Below, piece after piece: positions 37,424 to 47,372 of a stretch of DNA of 64,000 nucleotides (position 1 is its first letter; each line of letters opens with the position of its first letter). This stretch comes from a virus. The position numbers and the translations under genes were made by a program. The notes below the pieces were generated by a model, which saw nothing but the letters and a program-made list of their open reading frames with translations, did no database searches and had not been told where the DNA came from. Location of the stretch: the IMG/VR virus record IMGVR_UViG_3300017759_002599, positions 7,303 through 71,302 of that record; one strand, 5' to 3'.

Positions 37424-38046
37424 GTCTGATGTTAAATCTTAATCAAAACACCAATGCCAACGGTGCGCTTAATCTTGGTGTAAACAGTGCTCAACCCGCT
37501 ATGCAGACACAAAATCCATTTCTAAATCAGCAAGCACAAATGGGAGCACAGGGTGCGTTTATGACAGGTATGTTAGGCGACAATGCACAATACATGAATC
37601 AACCTGTTATGCCTCCATCGGAAATTGAAATTCAAATTATGTTGTTGCGTGGTATTGTACCTGTAGACCGATTTGTAGCAAGTGAATCTATGGCAACAAT
37701 GGTACAAATGTTCAACGACCTTATGACGTTTAGTGTGCTTGAAGTATTCAAAAATGCAACCTTTATTCCTGATGATGATGGTAATCTCAAAATGGACATT
37801 ACATCATTGCCTTCTCATTTGCAAACTATGAGTTCAGATAACATTGCATCCAAGTTTACGGCTCTCCAAAGTACGGCCAATCAAAACATACAGACTGCTG
37901 AACAACAGCAAATGCAGTTGAATCAAATGGCACAACAATCTATGATGGGTGGAGCATTAAATGCGGCATTGCAAAATGAAGGCATGATGCAAAAAGTAGG
38001 TGGCGGTGTAGGTACATTCGCTCGTACACTCTTTACAGGACGATGA
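37420..38046 (+). CDS. Hypothetical Q/M/N-rich protein
   Basis: Coupled ORF; amphipathic C-terminus VGTFARTLF. Confidence 0.75.
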   Translation: MSLMLNLNQNTNANGALNLGVNSAQPAMQTQNPFLNQQAQMGAQGAFMTGMLGDNAQYMNQPVMPPSEIEIQIMLLRGIVPVDRFVASESMATMVQMFNDLMTFSVLEVFKNATFIPDDDGNLKMDITSLPSHLQTMSSDNIASKFTALQSTANQNIQTAEQQQMQLNQMAQQSMMGGALNAALQNEGMMQKVGGGVGTFARTLFTGR

Positions 38047-38050
38047 TACT

Positions 38051-38293
38051 ATGCAAGATAAGAATTACTTACCATACGGATTTTCAACCTCTTCGCTTAA
38101 TGTCATGAACCCACCACGCAGTGTTATTATTGACATGATTATGGTGCAGTTCATTTCAATCATTTTAACAATGATTGCTATTATGCTGTTTAAGGGTAAT
38201 GAGTTGTCATCTACAACGTTGTCATACTTCCTTGTTGCTCTTTTCGGTAGTGTCTTGATGGTCACTGGAATCTATTCGAGAATCACTCGATAG
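38051..38293 (+). CDS. Small 2-TM membrane protein (holin-like size)
   Basis: Two hydrophobic helices in 80 aa. Confidence 0.75.
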   Translation: MQDKNYLPYGFSTSSLNVMNPPRSVIIDMIMVQFISIILTMIAIMLFKGNELSSTTLSYFLVALFGSVLMVTGIYSRITR

Positions 38294-38530
38294 TGTCCAC
38301 TTACGCAAAGGGCATGTAGAATTTTTCAATTTTAATTTTGTCTTAAGATAGCAACCACAGGCTGTGCATCGAGTACCAAAGTGTGGGCAAGGGCGACATA
38401 TGCGAAGTCGATGCAGTATTGTATCATCATCAGCGTAGTCTTTTCTTGATATGTCCTTCATGGCTTGCTTGATGCTTCTAAACGAATCGGTTGAGATTGG
38501 AACTCCAGCGATTCGTTTGTTCTTCCACAT
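38222..38530 (-). CDS. Cys-rich protein (DUF6171-like)
   Basis: RLRICRPC...CTACGCYL..K......CPLRKW. Confidence 0.7.
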   Translation of the reverse strand: MWKNKRIAGVPISTDSFRSIKQAMKDISRKDYADDDTILHRLRICRPCPHFGTRCTACGCYLKTKLKLKNSTCPLRKWTLSSDSRIDSSDHQDTTEKSNKEV

Positions 38531-38590
38531 AGTCCTCTCCAAAGATACAATCACCATAATTGTTTTCAAAGGGTATGCCTTAAGACAGTC

Positions 38591-39271
38591 ATGGCGGATG
38601 AGCGTGTTGTTAAACGTTCATGCGCTTTTTGCATGGATGAAGACCGTGAAGAGTTGGAAGAACAACTGCTTCAAGGCTACATTTCACCGAAGCAATTGGA
38701 TAAGGATAAAGGGTGGAGGTCGAACACATCCGACCGTCATTATCGCAACCACATGGGTGAATATCACATAGCCGCAAATGCATCTTGTGCTGTATGTACA
38801 TCACCCCATCGAGCCGACTACGAAAGTATTTATTTTGCTGACGGCTCACAAAGTGAAGTTATTGCACAAGAATTGGGAATCAGTGAGAACTTAGTTTACC
38901 AACACATGAAACATCATTTCCAACCACTGGTGCAAAAAACTGCGGCTCTTGAAATAGCGTCGTTTGCTGTCGGTAATGAATTGAACCTACTACGTAGCAA
39001 TGCTGAACATTTGAATTTAAAACTAACAGAACTGTTGAACGAAGGCACTGTTCACGAAGATGGATTTGTTCGTGATGCGGTTTCTTTGCATAAGGAAGTA
39101 AGAGAAACTGTCAAAGACTTGATGCGTTTCCAAGACCAATGGGGTCCACAAGGTGAAACACAGCAAGTCAATCAAACATTCAATATTTTGCAGGTTGAAT
39201 TAAACAAGGAAAGTCCTGAAACGTGGGCAAGAATCAAAGCACAATTGCAAGAAAACATGGGGGTTGAATAA
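38591..39271 (+). CDS. Putative terminase small subunit (duplicated Zn/HTH)
   Basis: Two CxxC...HTH...HxxxH units and a helical oligomerisation-like region; upstream of TerL in the same arm. Confidence 0.55.
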   Translation: MADERVVKRSCAFCMDEDREELEEQLLQGYISPKQLDKDKGWRSNTSDRHYRNHMGEYHIAANASCAVCTSPHRADYESIYFADGSQSEVIAQELGISENLVYQHMKHHFQPLVQKTAALEIASFAVGNELNLLRSNAEHLNLKLTELLNEGTVHEDGFVRDAVSLHKEVRETVKDLMRFQDQWGPQGETQQVNQTFNILQVELNKESPETWARIKAQLQENMGVE

Positions 39272-41430
39272 TGCCAATGATGGGAAGAGGTTCTGATACC
39301 CGAATGTATGCACCACGTAGTGAATCGGAAACGATGTATTCTTCGGCCAATGAAGACGGTGGAAAATACAGTGGTAACACCGCCGAAGAAAAAGAAAAGA
39401 AAGAAGAAAACCGCAAGTTGCGAGCCGAAGAACGCAAGCAACGACGTGATAAAATAAAACACATTAAGATTCGTTCAACTCAAGGATTGAAGGGTGAAGA
39501 GTCACCTGTTCCTGAAGATGATAGCAACAAGCAAGATGACGAGCGTGAGATTAGCCTACAAGGTGGTCCTGCTGGAAGTCGTGGTAATCTTCTCGACCTT
39601 GCAACAGGTGCAAAGTCTGGTACAGGTTCAGCAATGACTGGACCGTTGCCAATTGCAATGAGTGAGCCAATGGATGGTGCTTGGAGTAGTTTGTTGAAAT
39701 ATAATGAGAAATATAATGATGACCCTTCTTTACCTCATAATCAACCACCATATCCTGTTTCAATGAACACAGTCAAAAGACCTTGCGACAAATGTGGTAA
39801 TTTAGCAAATATCACTTATTATGGGAATAATCCTGATTACTTTGAATCTTACTGTCATTTTTGCAGAACGGGAAAAACGCCTCCAACACAAGAAGATTTT
39901 GACAGATTAAAAGAAAATATACAGGCAAGTGAGCCGATGAAGGGTGCTTGGAGTTCGCTACTCAAGGCTGTGCTTGGTGACCAAAGAGGCGCTGTGTTTA
40001 ACCCTCGATTTAGAACAAGTGAATCACCAAGTCAAAAAAACATAGCGGAAGGTCAAGCACATGGAATGGTTGGCACACGACGTGCGGCTGGAGAACCAGC
40101 AGAACGTCGTAGAAAACAATTAGCAATGGGTCAAAAAAGATTGGACGCAGGTATTGATAAAAGATTGATGTACAGTAACCCTGACTATTACGACTACTTA
40201 GTGGCTCGTACTCAACTCCCTCCTTCACAACAGCAAGAATTACCTTACCCTGCTGTGGAAAGAAGAAATATTGAACGATTAGGAGGAGGAAATTTCGGTG
40301 GTGGGCGACGTAATTCAATTGCACAACGTGCAGGGTTTGATACAAGTCCCGCACAACTGCATAATTTGCAACGTCTTTCTACAACAATGATACCTCAAAA
40401 GTTTATGATGCGAGATGACGCAGTTGATTATTCAGGTTTAACCCCATCACCAATTCCAAACATGGTTTATGATTCAAATATGAACCTTATTCCTGACCCT
40501 CGTCTTGAACAAAAATCCAGTGACTTTGTATTGGTGTCTGATATTCTTAAGCGTGATACACCGAATAAAATTCAATCACGTCGTCGCCGTGAAAAGCGAC
40601 AACAGTTCCGTCCATCTACAGGTCAATTCAAGCGACCACCCGGTGGTATGAACCCTGTCGGTGCAACCATGCGTCGATTCCGAGCACGTATGCGTGGTAT
40701 CAAGGGGGGTAAGAAAACAGGATTGATGAAGCCACACTTGTCTGTTGAGATGAGCCACCGTGGTATCGCTACTAAGCAACCCATGTCAAAAGACCCACAG
40801 AAGTATCGACAATACATGGGTCAATCCGAGGCTCGTAAAATACTTGGTAATGTACGTTCAACATTTTCACCGCACGCTCGATACGGTGAACGTTCCGTTA
40901 CAGCAGGTCCAACAGGTGCAGGTCGTCTTGGTGGATTGATGCCCGGACAATCAGGACAAATGCGACGACCTTCGCTCAAACAAATCGGAGTGCGTCGTCC
41001 ACGACTACGACGACCCCGTAATCCTGTCATGGCTCCCGCACCACCAATGGGTGTACCAAGTCCACCTATGCAAGCACCATCAAGTATCTCATCGCTACCC
41101 CAAGCATCGACTCCAATGATGATGAGTGAGGAGCGTGCAGAAAGTGATTTACTTAAAGGGCGTAATAAAAATCTTCGTTATCACAAAATCAACCTTCTTC
41201 GTCGTTTGATAGCAGCACAAGAACGTGCTGGAAAACTCGGTAAGTCAATGCAAGGCACACGTTCAGCAATGGAAAATGGACACGTACCAAGTCACCCTGC
41301 GGGTGTACACCAGCATGAAGATGAAGATGAGAAAAATGATGGACCTACGCAGAATCTTGAAACAAATTCAAGTCGTTTAGGTCTTGACCCTGCTGGATAT
41401 TTGACTTCAAAGCGGGGGCATATGGGATGA
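39271..41430 (+). CDS. Modular low-complexity polyprotein with two SEPMxGAWSSLLK linkers
   Basis: Linkers at 39661 and 39928 bracket a CDKC..CHFC module; Arg-rich module after SDILK. Confidence 0.85.
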   Translation: MPMMGRGSDTRMYAPRSESETMYSSANEDGGKYSGNTAEEKEKKEENRKLRAEERKQRRDKIKHIKIRSTQGLKGEESPVPEDDSNKQDDEREISLQGGPAGSRGNLLDLATGAKSGTGSAMTGPLPIAMSEPMDGAWSSLLKYNEKYNDDPSLPHNQPPYPVSMNTVKRPCDKCGNLANITYYGNNPDYFESYCHFCRTGKTPPTQEDFDRLKENIQASEPMKGAWSSLLKAVLGDQRGAVFNPRFRTSESPSQKNIAEGQAHGMVGTRRAAGEPAERRRKQLAMGQKRLDAGIDKRLMYSNPDYYDYLVARTQLPPSQQQELPYPAVERRNIERLGGGNFGGGRRNSIAQRAGFDTSPAQLHNLQRLSTTMIPQKFMMRDDAVDYSGLTPSPIPNMVYDSNMNLIPDPRLEQKSSDFVLVSDILKRDTPNKIQSRRRREKRQQFRPSTGQFKRPPGGMNPVGATMRRFRARMRGIKGGKKTGLMKPHLSVEMSHRGIATKQPMSKDPQKYRQYMGQSEARKILGNVRSTFSPHARYGERSVTAGPTGAGRLGGLMPGQSGQMRRPSLKQIGVRRPRLRRPRNPVMAPAPPMGVPSPPMQAPSSISSLPQASTPMMMSEERAESDLLKGRNKNLRYHKINLLRRLIAAQERAGKLGKSMQGTRSAMENGHVPSHPAGVHQHEDEDEKNDGPTQNLETNSSRLGLDPAGYLTSKRGHMG

Positions 41431-43595
41431 TTCGTATTCAGCCTCCACGTTTGCTCAAAGCATGGAGTATGATGCTTCACCCACCCGAAGGACCAGTCAA
41501 TGTTCGCAATCCACCTGCCCCAACATTTCGTCCACCGCATGAGCCTGATATTCCCGCTTTTGCACACAACGGTCGTGGAGATGTTATTGAAGGTGAGTTT
41601 GATTCAAGTTCAGGCCCGTTAGCGTATAAAACACAACACGGTAATTTTTATCATGGAATTGACGCTTTAGCAATGCAACTCGCTGATTTTTTGAATAAGA
41701 CAGGTAAAGGTGACATAGACCCTATTGCGGTGATTAACAAGGCTATTGATAATTTTAATCGCTCTCACACACATGGACATCACCATGAATTACCACCGTT
41801 TGACAACTTAGCATGGCGAAAGATACGAGCAAATCAACTACCTGCTGGTACAACATCAAAAGACGAGGAAGGAAAAGAAATTACTGACCGTCAAAGTCGT
41901 ACACACAACAATACGCTGATTACAACACTTACCAACAAAAATCCAGACCAAACACCACATGGTCGATTTATTGAATCGTATTACATTCCATTTCATCAAA
42001 ATCTATTTCATTTACTACAGGACATGGGTTATGAAGACCGTCAAATCAAAGGTTCTCTCAAATCAGGTGTAACCTATCCTTATGTTTATGCAAGACATAC
42101 TGCACCGCAGGGTTGGGCGTATTCAAGCAAAGGAGAGCACCCTGATACGTACACCAGTGAAATGATGGCAAATGCCCCTGAAGGGTATTTTCCTGAACAG
42201 CAAAGTGTACACACATGGGAAACAGTGCATCACTTACCTGACATTTTCTTTTATCCATCAAAAAAGAATGAACATAAAGATATTATGAGTGGGGGTGAAG
42301 CACCGACAAAACTTGTATCGGCGGCTCACGCTATGATTGACCAAGCATTAGAGCAGGGTGGTATCGAGTCCATTCCTGATGTACCAGTTACACTCAACAC
42401 AGGTACACTTGGCTCTCCAAACATGATTCAACGAGGACTCCGTGAAATTCTTGGTAACAACGACCTCAAAGAAGCACTTGTCAAAGACATGGCACATGTA
42501 CCTGCTATGATGTATTTGTTTGGACGCAGTTTTCAAGGTAGTTTCAAAAAATTGTATAACTACATGATGGAAAAATATGGTGCGCCCGAAGACGTACTTT
42601 CAGCCGAAGAACATGGCAAGTACTTCAGGGCAGGGGAAAAGGGCGGTCAAGGTTTGCACAAAAATGCAAAACGTGTCATGTCGGTTGCACGTTCTTCGGG
42701 TCAAGGAGAAAATGAAAATCGTAGTAAGTTTGGTGAACATCAAATTACATCCGATGAAATTGAAGTTATGGGGCTACCGTACAGCGAACAGCGACTTGGA
42801 CAAGTAGACCGATTCCGTAATGTTATCGAAGCATTAGCCAACCACCAAGCCGAATCACGAGGCCACACTGTGCAAATGGGTATCGGTGAAATTCCAACAG
42901 ACCCAATGCGAATGCAAAACATACACGGTTATCCTATTCGTGACCCTGAAACTGGTGAGTTTCCTGCACCGATATTGGATGAACACATGGAAGCGTATTT
43001 TCACACTATTGATGATTTTGCGCCAAACAAAGAAGGAATGTCCCAGCCGGAAGGTGTACCTCCCGTTGAACAGGCAAGAACACCTCCGCCTGTTCCAACA
43101 CCACAGCAAATTCGTCCTGATGTTCAACCGGCTGGGACACCTACTCCTGAATTTCAGCAATTACGACCCGGTATTGCTGACTTCACACCAGCGCAATTCC
43201 GTGAAATGTTGCAAATAGCAGGGGCGACCCGACCGCAACCAATTAGCGATGCTCCTTTGACCGAATTAGAGGCAAGGTCACAGCAAGCCTTATCAGACCC
43301 ACGCCAACGTCTGCTAACTGATTATATGAAGGCCGAAGACATGCACCTTCCACTTATGGATAGACTCATGAAGGCTCTTGAACGAATGCAATACAAAGAA
43401 GCAAGCCTTGATGGTGACGTTTCTACACACATTACCCCCTCACTACAATCACCTGTAAATCTTGCAAAATACACAGGATTGACCAGTAGTGAAGTTACGG
43501 CCATACAACACACAATGGGCGACTGGCATAACATTGCAAAGTCATACAATGTCAAGCCTCAAGTTGTAAAAATCATAAAGATGAATTTAAGGTGA
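41427..43595 (+). CDS. Large hypothetical late protein
   Basis: 722 aa; RLLKAW at N-terminus; QRLLTDYMK near C-terminus. Confidence 0.85.
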   Translation: MIRIQPPRLLKAWSMMLHPPEGPVNVRNPPAPTFRPPHEPDIPAFAHNGRGDVIEGEFDSSSGPLAYKTQHGNFYHGIDALAMQLADFLNKTGKGDIDPIAVINKAIDNFNRSHTHGHHHELPPFDNLAWRKIRANQLPAGTTSKDEEGKEITDRQSRTHNNTLITTLTNKNPDQTPHGRFIESYYIPFHQNLFHLLQDMGYEDRQIKGSLKSGVTYPYVYARHTAPQGWAYSSKGEHPDTYTSEMMANAPEGYFPEQQSVHTWETVHHLPDIFFYPSKKNEHKDIMSGGEAPTKLVSAAHAMIDQALEQGGIESIPDVPVTLNTGTLGSPNMIQRGLREILGNNDLKEALVKDMAHVPAMMYLFGRSFQGSFKKLYNYMMEKYGAPEDVLSAEEHGKYFRAGEKGGQGLHKNAKRVMSVARSSGQGENENRSKFGEHQITSDEIEVMGLPYSEQRLGQVDRFRNVIEALANHQAESRGHTVQMGIGEIPTDPMRMQNIHGYPIRDPETGEFPAPILDEHMEAYFHTIDDFAPNKEGMSQPEGVPPVEQARTPPPVPTPQQIRPDVQPAGTPTPEFQQLRPGIADFTPAQFREMLQIAGATRPQPISDAPLTELEARSQQALSDPRQRLLTDYMKAEDMHLPLMDRLMKALERMQYKEASLDGDVSTHITPSLQSPVNLAKYTGLTSSEVTAIQHTMGDWHNIAKSYNVKPQVVKIIKMNLR

Positions 43596-43599
43596 AAGT

Positions 43600-44526
43600 A
43601 TGTCAAATAAACCAATTTTAGTGCTGAAACAAGGTACTGGTGCGACGTTGTTTCAGCAAATAGGAGAAGGTAAAACTCCTTCGGTAAAGGATTTATTTGG
43701 GGTTTTAGGCTCAAGAAAAAAAATAGGTGTGCTTCCAAGACTTGGTGCTCTTGCTGGATTAGCAGGTAAAACTGCCGCCGCAGGTGCTACTGCTTTACAA
43801 ACGGCTCATCAATTACAAAGTGGTAATCTTGCCGCCCCATTGGGAATGGGATATACGTACGCAGGGTATGACCCTACGAGTGCTTTATCAGGAATAACTG
43901 ATATGGCAAATAGAAATGTAAAGAGAAATGAAGGACAACAGGCACGTCCAAGTGGACCTGTTAATGTAAGACACGTTCCAAAAGCACACCAACCCCAAGC
44001 ACCTTCATTTGTAACAGGGCAACAACCTGCACAGCAACCTGCACAGCAACCTGCACAGCAACCTGCACAACAGCAAACAACACCATTTAACCCCGATATA
44101 CTGACACAACCACAATTTAATGTTCCCGGTCAAGCCACACAACAGGCTGGTCATAGCCCAGAAACCGTTGGAAATGCATTTAAACAACAAATAGGAACTC
44201 AAAACGTAGGACAGACTGGACCGTATGCAGCACCAATGCCATCTACTGTTCCTCCTACGAATGTTCAACAAGCGGGAAATGCATTTGCTAATCAAATACA
44301 GTCACAAACAACACAGCAAACACTACCAATGCAACAGCAACCAATGCAACAGCCAATGCAACAAAGTCAATTTAATCCACAACAACCGCTTGACGCAACT
44401 ATGTTTCAATCATCCAACGATTTTATACACGATTTGTTTGACACAATGGGTTCATACTTGTACAAGATGACACCTCATGAAGTAGGTACTTTTGCAGTTG
44501 ATGCCTATTTTAAATTGCGAGAGTGA
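43600..44526 (+). CDS. Gln/Pro-rich protein with Ala/Gly amphipathic N-terminal region
   Basis: PILVLK-QG; QQPA repeats. Confidence 0.8.
   Translation: MSNKPILVLKQGTGATLFQQIGEGKTPSVKDLFGVLGSRKKIGVLPRLGALAGLAGKTAAAGATALQTAHQLQSGNLAAPLGMGYTYAGYDPTSALSGITDMANRNVKRNEGQQARPSGPVNVRHVPKAHQPQAPSFVTGQQPAQQPAQQPAQQPAQQQTTPFNPDILTQPQFNVPGQATQQAGHSPETVGNAFKQQIGTQNVGQTGPYAAPMPSTVPPTNVQQAGNAFANQIQSQTTQQTLPMQQQPMQQPMQQSQFNPQQPLDATMFQSSNDFIHDLFDTMGSYLYKMTPHEVGTFAVDAYFKLRE
44020..44073 (+). repeat. 12-bp coding tandem repeat (QQPA)x4
   Basis: ca(a/g)caacctgca units. Confidence 0.85.
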
Positions 44527-44530
44527 GTAA

Positions 44531-46012
44531 ATGAGCGAAGACATTCAAGCCTTCATTGATGAAATGGATGCGAAGATGTCGGCAAAGTCATTTCAATACT
44601 TTTTTGAAAACATACTCGGATTTGATTACTCACATCATCACGAATGTTGGGATAAGGGATTGGAAGAAAACCGATACTACTGTGTCAAAGCAAGTCGTGA
44701 CCACGGTAAGTCTGTTTTCTTTATGTCGTACGCTCTATGGATAGCGGCATTTCGACCCGGAACGCACATTATGATTTTTTCACACTCACTTGAACAGACA
44801 CTTGAGCACATGCGATTTATTCGCAACAACATTGAGTCAACATCTATTCTACGTGGTTTAATTCCACAAGGCCGACCATGGAGAAAGACATACTTTGAGT
44901 TTTCAAATGGAAGCCGTATGATGGCAAAGTCGGTCGGTGGAGGTACTCGTGGTTTCCACCCCGATGTGGTTGTATGTGACGATATTCTATGGGGTACTAC
45001 GGGTACTGAATTGCAACGTGCGGCTGATTGGTTTTACGGTGTTTTGCTTCCTGTACTGCACCACACTGGGCGCATGATGATTGTCGGTACGCCGTTTTCG
45101 TACAATGACTTGTATGCTGAACTTGAAGAAAGAGATGCTTTCACTGTTGAAACATACCCTGCTATCAATAACGAAGGAGTAGCATTGTGGCCTGAACGAT
45201 GGAATCTTGAGGCACTTGAACACAGAAGACTTTCTATGCCGGCTATTCAGTTTTCTCGTGAGTATCTTTGTGAACCAATTCACGATGTTGCGAGTATGTT
45301 TCCTAACGACATATTGGAGAAGGCTCGTGACAAAGACTTGGTTCTGCTCGACAGGGCTGAAACTGATTACAATGAAGAAGGTGAGCCTGTGGGAATCTTT
45401 GGACAACACTTCATCGGATGGGACACAGCAATTGCATCGGACAAGAACGCTGACTTTACAGCAATGATGGTGCTTCGTACACCTCCTAATGAGAATGTTA
45501 AGCAAATCGTAGGCATTGTACACGAGAAGGGATTGGGTGGTGCGGCTCAAAAGAAACATATTCTGTTGCTCAACAATCGCTTCAAGCCTGATTTGATTGA
45601 ACTTGAAGGTAACAACTTTCAGCGTATGTTTGCGGCTGAACTCAAGGACATGCGTGACGACATTCCTATCAAGACATTTATGACAACTCGACAGCGCAAA
45701 GAAAGCATGTTCATGTCGTTGTTGATGGCATTTGAACAAGGACAAATTCGCACACCGTATGGTGATGAGCGCAGTCGTACTTTCACACATAAACTTGAAC
45801 AAGAACTCAATCGCTTCGGTATGCAAAAGAACGGTAAGTTGGAATCTGTTGGTACGCACGATGACTTGGCTATGGCATTAGCATTAGCCAACTGGGGTAC
45901 GAAAGAGTTCCGTGGCACAGTTGTCTTACTTGACGACTGGATGCCCGGATTTGGCGACTGGCTTGACAACACTGTGGGTGGTAAAAACACAGGTGGGTGG
46001 ATGATACCATGA
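44531..46012 (+). CDS. terL: Terminase large subunit
   Basis: ASRDHGKS, RGFHPDVVVCDDIL, VGTP, FSREYLCEP, GWDTA, HDDLAMALALA. Confidence 0.96.
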   Translation: MSEDIQAFIDEMDAKMSAKSFQYFFENILGFDYSHHHECWDKGLEENRYYCVKASRDHGKSVFFMSYALWIAAFRPGTHIMIFSHSLEQTLEHMRFIRNNIESTSILRGLIPQGRPWRKTYFEFSNGSRMMAKSVGGGTRGFHPDVVVCDDILWGTTGTELQRAADWFYGVLLPVLHHTGRMMIVGTPFSYNDLYAELEERDAFTVETYPAINNEGVALWPERWNLEALEHRRLSMPAIQFSREYLCEPIHDVASMFPNDILEKARDKDLVLLDRAETDYNEEGEPVGIFGQHFIGWDTAIASDKNADFTAMMVLRTPPNENVKQIVGIVHEKGLGGAAQKKHILLLNNRFKPDLIELEGNNFQRMFAAELKDMRDDIPIKTFMTTRQRKESMFMSLLMAFEQGQIRTPYGDERSRTFTHKLEQELNRFGMQKNGKLESVGTHDDLAMALALANWGTKEFRGTVVLLDDWMPGFGDWLDNTVGGKNTGGWMIP

Positions 46013-46176
46013 GCGTTAAAATTGGAAGTCATCATTTTATTTTTTGCGGTGTATGCTACCTTGAAGGAAAAAGACCGTATGGATTTTGCGAATCATGTTG
46101 GATAAAAAATGAAAAACCTTTAGGGATGAATGGAGAAAAATGGCAAACAGTAGGTGGTGCATTAAATGAGTTGTAA
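46009..46176 (+). CDS. Small Zn-finger protein (not in ORF track)
   Basis: CGVC...CESC; ATGA-coupled to terL. Confidence 0.45.
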   Translation: MSVKIGSHHFIFCGVCYLEGKRPYGFCESCWIKNEKPLGMNGEKWQTVGGALNEL

Positions 46177-46354
46177 TTGTGAGCACTGTATAGGAATGAC
46201 ATCAGCATGGGACATGCTTGAAAAAAAATTGTGTCCTGAAGGAAAAGCGGCAGCGAAACGTAAATTCAAAGTTTATCCATCAGCGTATGCTAATGGGTGG
46301 GCTGTGCAGTACTGCCGTGGTAAGTTCCGTAAGAAAAAGGGGAAGAAAAAATGA
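46166..46354 (+). CDS. Small basic tagged protein (YPSAYAN family)
   Basis: SAWDMLEK then KLCPEGKAAAKRKFKVYPSAYANGWAVQYC. Confidence 0.75.
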   Translation: MSCNCEHCIGMTSAWDMLEKKLCPEGKAAAKRKFKVYPSAYANGWAVQYCRGKFRKKKGKKK

Positions 46355-46512
46355 AACTCAAAAAGGATAAATGTTGTTGCGGTGGCACAAAAGAAACTCC
46401 TTGCGTTTGTATGATTGAGGGTAACCAATGTTCCGCTACATCGCCAAAATGTCCATGTTACGCATTGCTTGACAAGCAACGTAGTATCAAAAAAATGGTT
46501 GCAGTGTGGTGA
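46351..46512 (+). CDS. Small Cys-rich protein (not in ORF track)
   Basis: MKLKKDKCCCGGTKETPCVCMIEGNQCSATSPKCPCY. Confidence 0.55.
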   Translation: MKLKKDKCCCGGTKETPCVCMIEGNQCSATSPKCPCYALLDKQRSIKKMVAVW

Positions 46513-46516
46513 TTCA

Positions 46517-47347
46517 TTGGGTGACCGTTGTACTTGTTACGATACTCTTGTTATCAAGAACTTGAACCGTTGGTTCAAGGAAAAGTGGGTAGACGTTTCA
46601 CGTAAGAAAAAAGATGGTACACATCCTCCATGTGGTCGTAGTAAAGCCAATAAATCGAGCAAAGGTTATCCAAAGTGTCGCCCAAGCGTCAAAGTATCGA
46701 GTAAAACTCCAAAGACCAGTGGTTCAATGAGTGAAGGTCAAAAGCGTTCGGCTACAAAACGCAAGCGAGCCAAAAAGCAGGGTGTTGGTGGTAAACCAAC
46801 AATTGTCAAAATGCCAATTGTTGATACTAATGTACCCGGTCTTCGTATGGCGTACAACTTTGACAACAGTGAACCAGTTATTGGTAATCAACCATATGCT
46901 TGGGGTAAGGATGATAAAATCACTCAAATGACACCAAATGAGTATTTCGATATTTTACAGCGAGAAGCCGATGAGTTTGATTTACCGCCTGTACTAAGCA
47001 ATGATGCTAAGTTTCGATGGGACGGTAGGCAATTTAACGAGCATGGTGGAAGTCGTGAAAATACTGCTCGTATTATTCAAGGAATTAAAGCGGGTATGCC
47101 AATTGGTATGCCTGAACTTGGATTTGAAAACGATAAATTTAGCGGATTTCAAGAGGGTGGACATCGAATGGAAGCCCTTCGACAAATAGGACACGGTGAT
47201 ACATCTGTACCCGTATTTAGGCACAATAAAATGGTGAAAGCAATGAAAGATGAAAAGAAAGACATGAAAGGTAAGAAAGGCATGGTAATGGTAATTGCCA
47301 TTGGTGCTAAACCAAAGAAAGTCGGTGTAAAGAAGAAAAAGGACTAA
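46517..47347 (+). CDS. Modular protein: basic WFKEKWVD module and ParB-like module
   Basis: TTG start after GGTGA; LNRWFKEKWVD..CGR..YPKCRP..KTPKT; MTPNEY..QEGGHRMEAL..VPV. Confidence 0.75.
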   Translation: MGDRCTCYDTLVIKNLNRWFKEKWVDVSRKKKDGTHPPCGRSKANKSSKGYPKCRPSVKVSSKTPKTSGSMSEGQKRSATKRKRAKKQGVGGKPTIVKMPIVDTNVPGLRMAYNFDNSEPVIGNQPYAWGKDDKITQMTPNEYFDILQREADEFDLPPVLSNDAKFRWDGRQFNEHGGSRENTARIIQGIKAGMPIGMPELGFENDKFSGFQEGGHRMEALRQIGHGDTSVPVFRHNKMVKAMKDEKKDMKGKKGMVMVIAIGAKPKKVGVKKKKD

Positions 47348-47372
47348 ATGATTGGTCAATGGAGAGGTCAAT

